Shown here piece by piece: positions 1 through 51,500 of a DNA stretch of 64,000 nt. A program made the position numbers and the translations under genes. The notes beneath the pieces were generated by a model. That model saw only the letters and a list, made by a program, of their open reading frames with translations. It was not told the origin of the DNA and made no database searches. This DNA comes from Hydrolagus colliei (Eukaryota). Location: NCBI GenBank assembly GCA_035084275.1, contig CM068749.1, forward strand, positions 18,414,001-18,478,000, in the 5' to 3' direction. Each line of letters begins with the position of its first letter. The first letter of the stretch is position 1.

Positions 1-1047
1 TAAAATAGGATCTACTCACATCTTACATTTAATAGGTCAGATATTCCCAATAGCTTTTGTGTTTATCCATTCCTTATTCTGCAACCCAGAGGGAGAAATT
101 GCTCTTTTCTTTTAACCTTTCACTGTCCTGTCTCTCCTCCCTGATGCCACAACACAAGCCTGCTTCATCACTAACACTAATGGGTTGGAAGAAAGCCCAC
201 CAATTTCAGCGTGTGTTACTGTGCACTTTTTGAAATCAAATTCCCAATCCTCTAGTAAATCGCTGCTCTGCCATCCTCAGAACCTTGGCACCTTGTCTAA
301 TCGTCTGGCATCATCACTATTGGTCCCATCTGTAGAGAGGTCATCTCCAGAGGAGAACAAATGGAGTTTGACATTTTTTAAATTTAAACTACTGTGTACC
401 AATTATAAGCTCCAGTTTACTCTGTGAATTGGAGCTGGTCTTTAAACATAGAAGACCCACAGCCAGAACAGGTTTACAATTGTAAGCACCTGATTGACTT
501 AAACAAATGAGAAATTACCCAATTGTGTTCTGAGCGAATCAGTGGAACCAGTTGTGATTTCAGCCGGAGTGCTTCAGCACTTCATAAACAGTCAGCAGCT
601 GCAGGGTAGCCAATTATTACAAGATTATTCCTTACACAGTTGATGGTGGAGGTTGGGGGAAGCTTTGGGGGACTTGAGGGTGTAACTAATTGCCCCCTAC
701 AGAAAAATTCCCCTGTAATTCATGATAGTTTTGAAGTAAACAATTGGGAGCCTTGTTAAGTTCTTTATTTTGATTCAGAATTCTTGATGCGGTTCTCAGA
801 TGTTAACCTGGTTTATTCCACGTGGTTAGAGAGCAATTCCAATTTGCAACCTCGGCCATCTGTGAATGACATTTCCCTTTGTGGATTTCACATTGCTTAC
901 CTTTAATTAAGGTTATGATTGTCTGAACATGATTTTACTGAGGAACACTATTTTGGGGTAGAATTTTTTTTACAATACAGTGGTATTAAGCAGAAATTAT
1001 TTTCCTTTTTAAAAAAGTTTTTTTTTAACCCTCTTTGGACAACCTTG

Positions 1048-1162
1048 CAGGGTTTGCAGGGTTATGGGGAGAGTGGAGAGTAGGGGACGGAAGGGTGTGG
1101 AATTGATTTGGACACAATGGGCTGAATGACCTCCTTGTGTGCTGTATAATTCTATGATTCTA
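1048..1162 (+). mobile_element. CR1-type LINE/associated SINE 3' end fragment
   Basis: Reads gcagggttatggggaga...atgggctgaatgacctccttgtgtgctgtataattctatgattcta. This ends in the (ATTCTATG)-type tail typical of CR1-clade elements in chondrichthyans and reptiles, recognised from memory and not searched. Confidence 0.6.
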
Positions 1163-1894
1163 ACTTATGCAGTGTTGCCAATCTGAGATCTTGAGGAAAT
1201 GCAACATGTTCCCTGGGTTCTGCCAATGCAAATCAGCAATTAGTTGATAATAGGTATTTGAAGGCCAATTACTCCCATTGACTGTTTCATTGAATTTTCC
1301 TTCTCTGTAGCAAAGTAGTCAGTACATCCCTCAGATGGGCCAGCTGAGATCAAGAAATGTGTGGGCAATTATGTGCTGTTATTTTGTGCATGCATAGAAT
1401 TACCTGCCAATACACTGTGCTAACTTTCTCCAGTTGTCCCCCTCCCCCATCTGCTGATTACATTTTGTATATTTTTCCACAATGAGTGACAAGATTCCTG
1501 AACACCTGAGGTTTGGGATCTATTTTTACTGCTGTTGCACATCTCACTCCTTACATTGGCTCTATTTTGCACAAACTATCACTAAACATAAAGACCAGAT
1601 CTGTAGAAGCGATGAAGTGCTATTATGATGATGATGATTATTATTAAGAGGCAAGAATCACCTATGCCCTAAACAGACAATTGTAGCAGACAATCAGCGA
1701 TACTGACTGATTCAGAATGTTGCACTGTTGACGACTGTGCTTTCAGCCACGAAACTTTGGAACTCCCAAATCACCTTACACTATATTCCATGTGTATATA
1801 TTTAAAATATGGAATTTTTAAAAAAATTAACTATTTAAAAAATATTTTCAAAAGTCTTGCATACATATATTGTCAATTCACTTTATTGCATATT

Positions 1895-1960
1895 GAAGCG
1901 CTTTGAGATGTCTAGAAGAGGTGAAAAGCTCTATATCAAATGCAAGGATTATTATTATTC
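1895..1960 (+). mobile_element. SINE 3' tail fragment (L2-derived tail, (ATT)n end)
   Basis: gaagcgctttgagatgtctagaag...ctatatcaaatgcaaggattattattatt matches the 3' end of the full SINE copy at 61776-62085. Confidence 0.7.
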
Positions 1961-2099
1961 TTTGGAACATACACACACGTATATATATATAGATATATAG
2001 ATATATACACCCACCCATCCAAGTACATACATACACACACATGCCCATGCATACACTTGCAGATGGTGTGTGGGTGGGTGGGTGGGGGAGAGAAAGACA

Positions 2100-2260
2100 A
2101 TCCTGCTGGAAGATTGGGGGCTGATCCCTCCGCTGATTGGCTGCCGGCCTGTGTGACGCACGGGCGACCCAATGGAACGCCGTGTTTCCTTCCGCATTGT
2201 GACGTCACAGAGTGGAGGGGGTTCCCCGCGGGGAGGGGGGGGGGGGGGGAAGGGGGGGGT
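2100..2260 (+). promoter_or_regulatory. Putative BTBD8 CpG promoter with CCAAT boxes and a CRE
   Basis: CpG-rich patch. ATTGG at 2113 and 2136, CCAAT at 2169, half-CRE TGACGCA at 2154, full palindrome GTGACGTCAC at 2199-2208. It lies ~2.7 kb upstream of the first coding exon, which has its own acceptor (ag 4864-4865). Confidence 0.6.
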
Positions 2261-2319
2261 TCCCCCATCCGTTTGTTACAAAAAGGGGAAGTTTTTAGTA
2301 ACAAAGACAATTAAGCAGC

Positions 2320-2640
2320 GAGCGAGAGAGGGTGAGAGTGAGTGGGGGGGGGGGGTTTATGGGAAGTGAGGGGGGAATAAGAGTGAAGGTGAGAGTGGGG
2401 GGGGTGAGAATGAGGGGGAGGGGGAGTGAGAGTGGGTGAGGATAAGAGTGGTTGAGAGAGAGAGTGGGGAGGGAGAGGGAGTTAGAGAGTGGGGAGGGAG
2501 AGGGAGTTAGAGACAGGGGCTTGAGGGTGAGAAAGAGGGAGGGGGTTGAGAAAGAGGGGGCGTGGTGGGAGGGGGGGGGGGAGGAGAAAGAGAGAGGGTG
2601 CTGAAGGGTGAGAGAGTGAGTGGGTGAGAGAGAGGGTCCT
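2320..2640. repeat. GA-rich low-complexity purine tract
   Basis: Runs of gagag/gagtg/ggggag with almost no C on the + strand. Confidence 0.8.
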
Positions 2641-2778
2641 TAACACTAACACCCTAACCCCTGCTGGTACCTACACACACACACACACACACTGTACTCT
2701 CATCATTGTCTGTGTCCCTGGAGCAGCGAGAGAAACAGAGAGAGGATAGGTCCAACTCAGCACAGGGGTAGGGAGTGT

Positions 2779-2809
<31 letters not shown>

Positions 2810-4925
2810 GGGGTTGTCGGTAGGAGGGCTGTCATCAACACGAACACCCTAACCCCTGCTGGTACCTCTGTACACCCACCCACACACACACACGTACATC
2901 CATCATTGTCTGTGTTGTTGTCTCCATTAGCCGAGTTTGGTTTTGGTGTCTGTTGCAACTGGCACCGGGAGCTCTCCCGATTCCTCTTCCTCCTATGTCT
3001 GTTTCCCCGGGAGTGAAGCGTTGAGTTCCACCCGCCGGGGTCGCTGACGTTTTGCGATGTCTGTCAGAGTGAGTTAGTCGGTCAAAGTCTTTCCTCGCTG
3101 GCCTCTGTGGCCTGTTTCGGGAGCTTCACGATTGGCCTGTGGCTCCCGGTGTGTGTGTGTGTGTGTCTGTCTAATGAGTGGATGTGACTGGAGGCGTTTT
3201 TTTTTCTTCAAATCTGTGCTAGAGGCTGAGGAAAGCTGACTTCTGCTGACATGCTCATAAATTCTGCCAGAAGTAATTAACGTGTGATCCAGGATGAGTA
3301 CTGTGCTTGCTTTCCAGTCGCTGCCCTCTCTCCCCCCCCACCCCCCCCCCCCCCTATTTCAGTTCAGATATTTATTTTGTTTTCAGTCTCCCCTTCTCCA
3401 CCCCCCCCTTAAAATCAGCCTCTTATATCATGTTTGTGGTGTATTAGTGGCGATGGCAGAGATAACTGATTGGATCACACACAAAAAAAGATGTGTACGA
3501 ATTTATCGATCAGGTATTTTCGAGGGGAACGTTGACTGTGTGCTTAACATGCATTTATACGTTTAGCCTCTATTGCCTGTCTGCAGTTAACTGGAATGAA
3601 TACAAATCTTCACATTTAACAGCAACAACTTGTATTTCCAAAGCACGTTTAACTTAAGTGCCAAACCTGTTGACAGATTAAGAGTGAGGGACACTGACTG
3701 TGTGAGCAGGGAAATATTCGATTTTTTAAAATATTGAGCCTTAGCTGAAGAGATGAAATGGTCGAATTGAAGGCAGTGAGTTTGTGAGAGAGATAAGGCA
3801 AAATGTTGATTTGGTTTTTTAAAAAAAATTGAATCATCTAAAGGTTCAGCCACAGATAATTAAATGAATGAAGTGGGGAGTGAGCAGTAGAGCAGAGTGA
3901 TGCAGGCCATGGGCGAGAGTGTAAGGCTGGAGAAGAATGCAGAACTAGAATTGGGAAGATTGTAAAGGGATTTTAAGACTTTGAACTTGATCCAATTTAT
4001 GAATATATGAATCCAGGAAATAGGTTTACAGTTAATTATAAAGCTCAGATGCACGAAGGGGTGCAGTATAAATGCAGGTTGTGTTTGTTGTAATTTCAAA
4101 GTTACTTTTGAGTTCCAATATAAACAAGACAATTACGGTAAGATGCTTTAACTACAAGGAGAAGCTACTGAACAAAATGTCACCAAATGTATTTAATGGC
4201 AAACAATAACAGAAATGGCTGGGAGCACTCAGCAAGTCAGGCAGCATCTATGGGGAAAGGAAAGTGAATCAACTTTTCAGGCCTAAACATGTTGACTATA
4301 TATTTCTAATACAAACATTCGGTTGGTTTACAAATGTATAAGGTACAATTTTAAATCAAATCAAATGTTTAAGTAACTCTTATAGTTTCTAGTTAAAGTT
4401 TCAACTACATGGAGAATTCTGCCCACACAATATAAATTAAGACAGGCTTGATTAGAAGTTAGTGACTGATAAATATCCAAATTGTTTTAATATTTTCAGC
4501 CAGCTTTTTTAACTTTATACAACCTGTGTACCCTCATTTTACTTTCTTTCATATTATAAGGTGTTCATAACTGTAACATTTACGGTGCCGATAATTTGCT
4601 GAACTCGAAATCTGTACCAGTTCTGTGCTAATTGAAATGTACTGTTTTGGGAGATTTTACTGAAGGCAAAATAAAGAATATTTGAGCAAACAAAATCAAA
4701 ATAAAGGCTTTTTGGAAAATAATTTAGTTGGCAACTTAAATGCACATTTGTGGTTTGAAAATCTTTTGACACCGGAACCAGTACATGTCATACTTTTAAA
4801 GAAAGATTTACTTGATTCATCTTAGAGTCATTTATACCATTCTTTGTTGTACTGTTTTTTAACAGGGCTTTTTGCGGCTTGATTAAGAAGAAATAACAAC
4901 AACAAGGCTAATCTACTATTTAGAA

Positions 4926-44117
<39,192 letters not shown>

Positions 44118-45234
44118 CAGAGCCTCTGAATTGTGTACATTTGAGTGATTATTAAACTGCTGAACTTTCTGTTGCTTCCCTTTTAAGATTCAAAAGCATT
44201 AGTACATGGTTGAACGCAGCAGTATGTAAGAAATACAGAGGGATAAATTAACCTTTGCTGTAGAACTGTCATTAGGATACTTTTGTAAATTAGTTGCTTT
44301 GGTGTGTAAAATCAGATAACCATTACATACACTTGTTGGAATTCAGTTTTGGTTCTTGAACTGTTTTCCGTGTAGAAAAACTTTGTAAATTAATGATTTG
44401 TTCACGTTACTTAATGCCTGGAATAAGAAGGAAACTTATTGGCATTGTCAGTGTAAATTCGTGATGGTTGTAAATGCTTCAAAGTGATGAGTAAGAATTT
44501 TCTGGTACAAGATGTGACCAAACTAGACCTTTTCAAAAATGTTTTCCTTAATTGGGTAATGATAAAAGATGCTCAAATTCTCCCCCATTTTCTTGCGGAC
44601 ATTTATTGCACAGAGTTCATTTTGGAAGCTGAGGCTGTATAATGATTTGTATGGATCTTGATCTCAGATTTTGAAACCAGCAGCATCAGTATATATTTGC
44701 ATAATTCGGTTTGACAAAAGGGGACATTTAATGACCTGTTGCAATTTGTGATTTTTTTTCTTTGCATGTGAAACGTGGGAATCTTTATACAGTACCATGT
44801 TTACCATGACCTTACTAATTGGGCAAAAAAAATACGATCTAAAGTTTACAAGAACTACACTTTTTTTTAACAAAAAAACATATCTGCACAATTGAGATTC
44901 CCTCCCGAACTTGTTTTTGGCAACTTGCTCTTCATACTACTGGTTAATTTCTATTTTAGGTAATTTGCACTTGTATAATTTGGTCATAACGTTTTAAAGT
45001 TGCCTTATGCTCCATTAAAGAATTATATGACTAAAGATTTAGGATAATGTGCTCTCACCCAGGGATTAGAGTGGATACAATTTGGCAAAATAGATGAAAA
45101 CTTAACCTTTGCTTATGGCTATGAAGGATTAACTGAAGTGAGATATAGAAATATACATTCTGCAACATGAAATCTCACTCAAATGGGATTTCAGTTGGCA
45201 CTACTTCAATAATAAGAAGATTCAATGACTAGAG

Positions 45235-45515
45235 CAGTGGTTTCCAACCTCGGGTTCCAACCCAACCAAATCAGGGTCGCGGGTGTTCTCGGTAGGGTTG
45301 TGAAGGCTCATCAGAATTTTTTTTCTTTTTTATGCTGAAAACTGCCCAGGGCGACACCGCCGACCAATTTGTATGAAAGACTACTAGCGAGTTTCGCTAA
45401 GAGTCCACAAAAAAAACGGAGATATCGTCTTAGCTGAGCTTCACTTCAGTCGTGTCGGGAGGTCCTGTTTGTGGCCAATTTAAGGTCGCAGCAAAAAAAA
45501 GGTTGAGAACCACTG
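45235..45515. mobile_element. Non-autonomous hAT (Charlie/Buster-like) MITE, 281 bp
   Basis: TIRs CAGTGGTTTCCAACCT ... AGGTTGAGAACCACTG; perfect 8-bp TSD GACTAGAG at 45227-45234 and 45516-45523. Confidence 0.9.
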
Positions 45516-46035
45516 GACTAGAGTAACGTAACTGTTTCAGAACAATGTGTGGCTAGACCAGTAGCCTGAAGTGCTCGTAGCTTGAAGTCGGGAAGCTTTC
45601 CTATGATGCCAATGCCATTACTCCTTGCTTTGAAAAGCACAAGTTTCTCTCGCACATAAATACTGTAATTTTAATTCCATTTTAAATCCAAAAGGCACGT
45701 TGCTGCTTTATAATAAAACGTAAACTACATGTGTGTGCTTGTACTTGAAGAAGGACAGAGACTTGTAAATGAGCAAAATTTGCTAAATTTGATTTTAAAA
45801 TTGCAGCTTTTACACAGTGGAAGACTTTTATTCTGAATACACTACCTCATGGACTGTGCCTGTTGCAAAAAGGGAGCCCATTTTGGGGAACAAATGTTTG
45901 GTAGGTTTGCTGGATGTAGATTTTTGATCTGACAGTCATTGTTCAATAGTTAGTCACAACATGGAATGCACTGCATGCTTTCACTGTGAAAACTGTTTTC
46001 TCTTTGATTTGCTGCACTTCATTTGTTTTTTAAAA

Positions 46036-46045
46036 AATAAATAAA
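46036..46045 (+). terminator. Probable BTBD8 polyadenylation signal (overlapping AATAAA x2)
   Basis: aataaataaa ~1.9 kb after the stop codon, followed by a T-rich region. The upstream AATAAA near 45712 is an alternative. Confidence 0.5.
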
Positions 46046-46277
46046 GATTAAATGCAGTTTACTGTGATTAATATATTTCAGTGATTTAAAATATTCCAAG
46101 ACATTTCATTTTATTTTATTTTTATATATTAAAAAACCCTCATGATTTTCAGTGAGATTCCCACCCCTTCTTATTATACCCTATATTCTGGTTGAGAACT
46201 GCAACATATTCATTTCCAGACTTGCATGCCCACATATGTGATGTGCAAGAATACTTCTGAGTTTAAGGCCTGTAGGC

Positions 46278-46490
46278 TAATAATAATAATAATAATCCTT
46301 TGATTAATATTTGATATTGTATCTTATCACAGCTTCAAGATGTCCCAAAGTGCTCTACAGAATATGCTCTACAGTGAATTGACTGTATATTGTGTGGGTG
46401 AAACGCAGCAGCCAATTGCACACATCCATCATGTATTCTGTCCCATAAACAGTTGTGGACTGAGTGCTAAATTCATCAATTTATTATAAT
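46278..46490 (-). mobile_element. Deu-type SINE, diverged and truncated
   Basis: (AAT)n tail, gatgtcccaaagtgctctacagaatatgc, aaacgcagcagccaattgcacac. Confidence 0.7.
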
Positions 46491-48419
46491 TATTTATTTG
46501 AAGGAATTATTTTTGATGAAGGAATTACAAATGTAAGCTCAGTGCCTCTGGTGGCACTTGTGTAGCATACCACAATTGTGAATCTGGATCTTTCTACTTG
46601 AAGGCCTTGGAAATACAGTACTCGGTAAAAATATGGAAAGTGTTGTTGTTGGCAAAATTGTGTTGCCCCTATCTGGAGCAAGTCAACATGAAACAACTTA
46701 TCCAACCCTTGTTGCATTCAAGTCCACTTGTTGCAGTATGTCCCAAACAACTGTCTTACATGGAGAAGACCCATCAAGTTTGGGATTGATATTGACCACA
46801 ATGTAAAGTAAGACCTCATTTTCCCCCTCTAATTATAATAAAGAGCAACATTGCCCCACTCTTGTGGGAGTTCTGCAGTGCAATCGAGGCCAGATAGTTT
46901 CCCTGATGTTTGCAGCTCTTTGAATAAAGGGTTTGGACATCCATTATGTATTCTGATGTCTAGTCTATAAACAACAACAAAATTACATTTGGAACATTTC
47001 CTATTTCACAGGAATATATTCACACAAATGGGTTTCCTCCTGTTGCGTCTGCTAATTGCAAGGCTGCTATTCTGGGATACTTTTAACAAATTAAAAGGGA
47101 TACTTAAATACAATTATAGTAATCCTGGCATTTGATATAGCACCTCATTATGTCATCAAACATCTCAAAGCACTTCACAGGATATGCTGTAAAGCGGATT
47201 GACTTTCTGTGCAAAACGTGGCACAATTTAAGAAGAATCAAGTGCATTTTTGAGAACATTGCTGGAATGCTTGGATTTTAACTGAAGAAGCGGGTATTTT
47301 CTGTTTTCTTTTGTAATTTACTTTTAACATAATATTTGTAATTTTGTATTGCTTAAAATATTCTTCAGACCTTTGTCTTTGTTTCTGTTTTTCTGAGTTT
47401 TGTAACTTTGGTAACAATTAGAAATTCATAGAATATAATCCTTTATTTTAGAAAAAAAAGTTTGTTTGCCCCCATCATACTTTCCTCCCTAATATACAGT
47501 TAGAATTTAAACACCCTAGAATTTTTAATACACTGACTTACCCATTATATATCTTTAATTAGGGTTCTTAAATATAAGCGTTCTGGAAGAAGGGTCAAAA
47601 TTATGATACTGACAAATAATATGCATTACCTAGTTATATTACAAATGCATTGTCTAGTCTTCTCATAAGTTATGGGATGTTGCTAGAGCAGTTTAGGGAT
47701 TCACCACACTGAGTGAAAGCAAAGAAACTTTGGTCTAAATGTTACAATTATCCAAAGCGAGCTGAATACCTGTGCAGAAGAGTAGCTGCCCTAAACATTA
47801 TTAGATAGATCAAGCACATTTTAATTCAATCTCACTTTCAAATGGTCAACATTTGTATTGGACCTGAATATATACTGAATGAGAGATTTTCGCCATAGCT
47901 CCTGACTGGACTTGATGAGTATTGGGAAGAATATAGTTGGTGCAAAAGTAAGAATAATCTAATTCTTATTGAGGAAGTGGAAGAAAAAGACAGGTGTAAC
48001 AAAACGTTTTTTTTAATGGATTTGCTGGAGTCTACTGTATGGCAATTAATATTATGTCAAATTAATTGATTACATGAACACTTTAATCTTGACATAGTTT
48101 CCATGAAACCATAGACTTTAATTTGCACACGACTCATCAAAATGTCACTAATTTTTTTATTTAAAGAAAAAGTAGCTGGCAGCCTAAATGGTTAGTATAA
48201 TTAAGATAAATTAATGCCAATGAACTATGTTGGCTAATGGTATGTGTTTCTTGAATCACTTTATTTAAAAAAAATACTGAGCACTGTTGCTTTTGCCTTT
48301 CACTGAATCAGTGAGGACTGACAGTGAGATCTTGCCCATCACAGGCACTGCCAGGAAACAGCCCTGATGAACTTTATTATTATTATGATGATGATGACCA
48401 AACTCCTGTGCCTGGGACC

Positions 48420-48484
48420 AGACCTGCGCAACGTCATCGTCCCGGTCAGGTGATCCGCCCGTGACGTCACTGCGCTAGGGTGCC
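48420..48484 (+). promoter_or_regulatory. Putative SPO16 promoter (CRE palindrome, GC box)
   Basis: CCGCCC at 48455-48460 directly followed by GTGACGTCAC at 48461-48470; half-CRE ACGTCA near 48431; strong Kozak gccATGG at 48485. Confidence 0.6.
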
Positions 48485-48526
48485 ATGGCGACGAGCGGAA
48501 CAGTGATTGTCAGCTCCGGTCTTCAG
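48485..48526 (+). CDS. C1orf146: SPO16 coding exon 1
   Basis: MATSGTVIVSSGLQ, donor CAG|gtgtgt; resembles human TTIIISSSLK. Confidence 0.8.
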
Positions 48527-51500
48527 GTGTGTGGTGGGGGGGGGGGGGGGAATGGGGAGGCAGAGCGAGGGGAGAGGGGTGTCTGGGGGGAGAGGCGTGT
48601 CGGGATGGTGGGAGAGGGGTGTCTGGGGATGGGGGGAGAGGGGTGTCTGGGGGGAGAGGGGTGTCTGGGGATGGGGGGAGAGGGGTGTCTGGGGGGAGAG
48701 GGGTGTCTGGGGGGAGAGGGGTGTCTGGGGATGGGGGGAGAGGGGTGACTGGGGGGAGAGGGGTGTCTGGGGATGGGGGGAGAGGGGTGACTGGGGGGAG
48801 AGGGGTGTCTGGGGGGAGAGGGGTGTCTGGGGATGGGGGGAGAGGGGTGACTGGGGGGAGAGGGGTGTCTGGGGGGAGAGGGGTGTCTGGGGATGGGGGG
48901 AGAGGGGTGACTGGGGGGAGAGGGGTGTCTGGGGGGAGAGGGGTGTCTGGGGATGGGGGGAGAGGGGTGACTGGGGGGAGAGGGGTGTCTGGGGGGAGAG
49001 GGGTGTCTGGGGATGGGGGGAGAGGGGTGACTGGGGGGAGAGGGGTGTCTGGGGGGAGAGGGGTGTCTGGGGATGGGGGGGGGCAGAGGGGTGTCTGGGG
49101 ATGGGGGGGGCAGAGGGGTGTCTGGGGATGGGGGGGGCAGAGGGGTGTCTGGGGATGGGGGGGGCAGAGGGGTGTCTGGGGATGGGGGGGGCAGAGGGGT
49201 GTCTGGGGATGGGGGGGCAGAGGGGTGTCTGGGGATGGGGGGGGGAGAGGAGTGTCTGGGGATGGGGGGGGGAGAGGGGTGTCTGGGGATGGTGGTGGGG
49301 ATGGGGGGGGCAGAGGGGGGGATGGGGGGGGCGGTGGTGGGGATGGGGGGGGCAGAGGGGGGGATGGGGGGGGCAGAGGGGGGGATGGGGGGGGCAGAGG
49401 GGGGGATGGGGGGGGTAGAGGGGTGTCTGGGGGGGGAGAGGAGTGTCTGGGGATGGGGGGGGGGGAGAGGGGTGTCTGGGGATGGTGGTGAGGGGGGCAG
49501 AGGGGGGGATAGGGGGGGCAGAGGGGTGTCTGGGGATGGGGGGAGAGGGGTGTCTGGGGATGGGGGGAGAGGGGTGTCTGGGGATGGGGGGAGAGGGGTG
49601 TCTGGGGATGGGGGGAGAGGGGTGTCTGGGGATGGTGGTGGGGAGAGGAGTGTCTGGGGATGGGGGGAGAGGGGTGTCTGGGGATGGGGGGAGAGGGGTG
49701 TCTGGGGATGGTGGTGGGGAGAGGAGTGTCTGGGGATGGTGGTGGGGAGAGGGGTGTCTGGGGATGGTGGTGGGGAGAGGAGTGTCTGGGGATGGTGGTG
49801 GGGAGAGGAGTGTCTGGGGATGGGGGGAGAGGAGTGTCTGGGGATGGGGGGAGAGGAGTGTCTGGGGATGGTGGTGGGGAGAGGGGTGTCTTGGGATGGG
49901 GTGATGGAGAGAGAGGTGTCTTGGGATGGGGTGATGGAGAGAGAGGCATCAGGGAATAGGGAGGTGTTGGGATAGTAATAATAATCCATGCATCTGATAT
50001 TAGCACTTTTCAAGTCTTCTAGACGTCTCAAAGCAGTTGGAGGTGATGGTGGGGGGTTCGGAGAGAGAGGGCTGGGTCAGACCCACAGAATTGCAGGCTT
50101 GAAACCCATCAGATGTTACCTCCTGCACACTGGGAGCACATCTTGTGCTGGGTGGAAGACTGAAGTCTTTGCAGATGGGGAAATAGTTTAACACGATCAA
50201 AGTGTATTGTTTGCTCCGTTTTTATTATCAAAGGCAACGGTTTCATTCGCAAGTAGGTTGATTGTTCTGCTGGCATTTGGGGTTTTTCTTTTCCAGCATC
50301 ATGAGGTTGTTGCATCTCTATCCAATCAACGCCAGCGGATTAGGTTCTCAGACTCGGTAGTGGATGGATCAATAATTTTCCCACTTTCTGGTACGTTTAA
50401 TTGAATAACACTATATTTCTATCAGCAATAACGGTTATACAATAACACTTCACATTTCACCAGAATATTTTTTTAGATACGATCTCTCAACTGCTATTTT
50501 CTGCATTTGATCCTGGTCAAAAATAAGAGCGATTGATTGGACAATTAATGAACGATTAAATGTTTTAAATGCAAAGTTATTTAAAATTTTCTCTCAGAAT
50601 TAGATGAGGTACAGTTCCAAGGGTTGTAGCAATCCATCAATAATTGAAACGTGTCTGATTTGGCGGAGAAAATAATATTAATACTGACCACCAATAGTGT
50701 ATACCAAGGTATACAGCAAAAATCAAACATGAAAATATTTGGAATTGTGCATTTGCATTATTCATGTGGCTATTTCTGTTTGAACTGTAAAGTCCAAAAT
50801 ACACTGTTCAAAATAAGCATTTTTTTTGCATTCTTCACAATAGAAATAAGAAGTTTTGCGAACTCACTTTCTAGGCAGATTTTGGTTAAATGAGAAAAAC
50901 GCTAACTTTGTTTGAAATTTCCTCAGGTGTTGCCTTTATTATAGTAGACGTTGAAGATCTCTTTGACAATTCTGCAGGAAGAAAGCTGACAGAGCAAATT
51001 GAACGGTTTGCCCATATTCACCGAAATAGTTTCCTGCTTCTTGTTGCAGCACTCTTTGGTTCTAAAGAATGGGACATACTATATAAATTACAGCAAAGGT
51101 ACTTAATATGGTATCAGGAGGCTACATTACACATTGTACATATTGGTTTGTTTTACAATACAAACGTAACATTTGTGTGAAGGATATCTACTCAAACTAA
51201 TTGATGGTTTGAAGCAGAATTTTGGATTAAAACTTATGTTGGGAAAAGTAATTACTGCTAGAAATATACATTTAACCCATTTATATAAATCCCAAACTAG
51301 TACATCTGGCACACGTCATTCCAGTGAAAGAATGCACACAATTATACCCTGACTTACATATTATTTTTAAAAACGGAATTCATAAGTAGAATAACCTTCC
51401 CTCAGGGAATATGTGCATATTATAAATAAGAAAAAACATTACAGACCAACTATAATGTTGTGAGTAGTTTTTTTTTGTTCAAAATAAATGTGAATAGCAA

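Noticed and set aside
185-427. 80-aa ORF at the window start (possible EPHX4 end by synteny)
   Set aside because: No recognisable epoxide hydrolase sequence or splice structure.
2653-2856. CCCTAA telomere-like motifs
   Set aside because: There are only single units within the duplicated cassette, not an interstitial telomeric array.
1936-3016. Several overlapping 65-124 aa ORFs
   Set aside because: They are low-complexity translations of (CA)n, (TA)n, poly-G and promoter sequence.
48781-49080. Regular 60-bp periodicity suggesting a CRISPR-like array
   Set aside because: The units are identical head-to-tail with no unique spacers, and the context is a eukaryotic intron.
48507-50031. Long Gly/Trp/Arg- and Pro-rich ORFs (up to 502 aa) on both strands
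   Set aside because: They are artefacts of a tandem array whose units are mostly multiples of 3 and lack stops. The region is SPO16 intron 1, and the frame of the real ATG stops at 48748.
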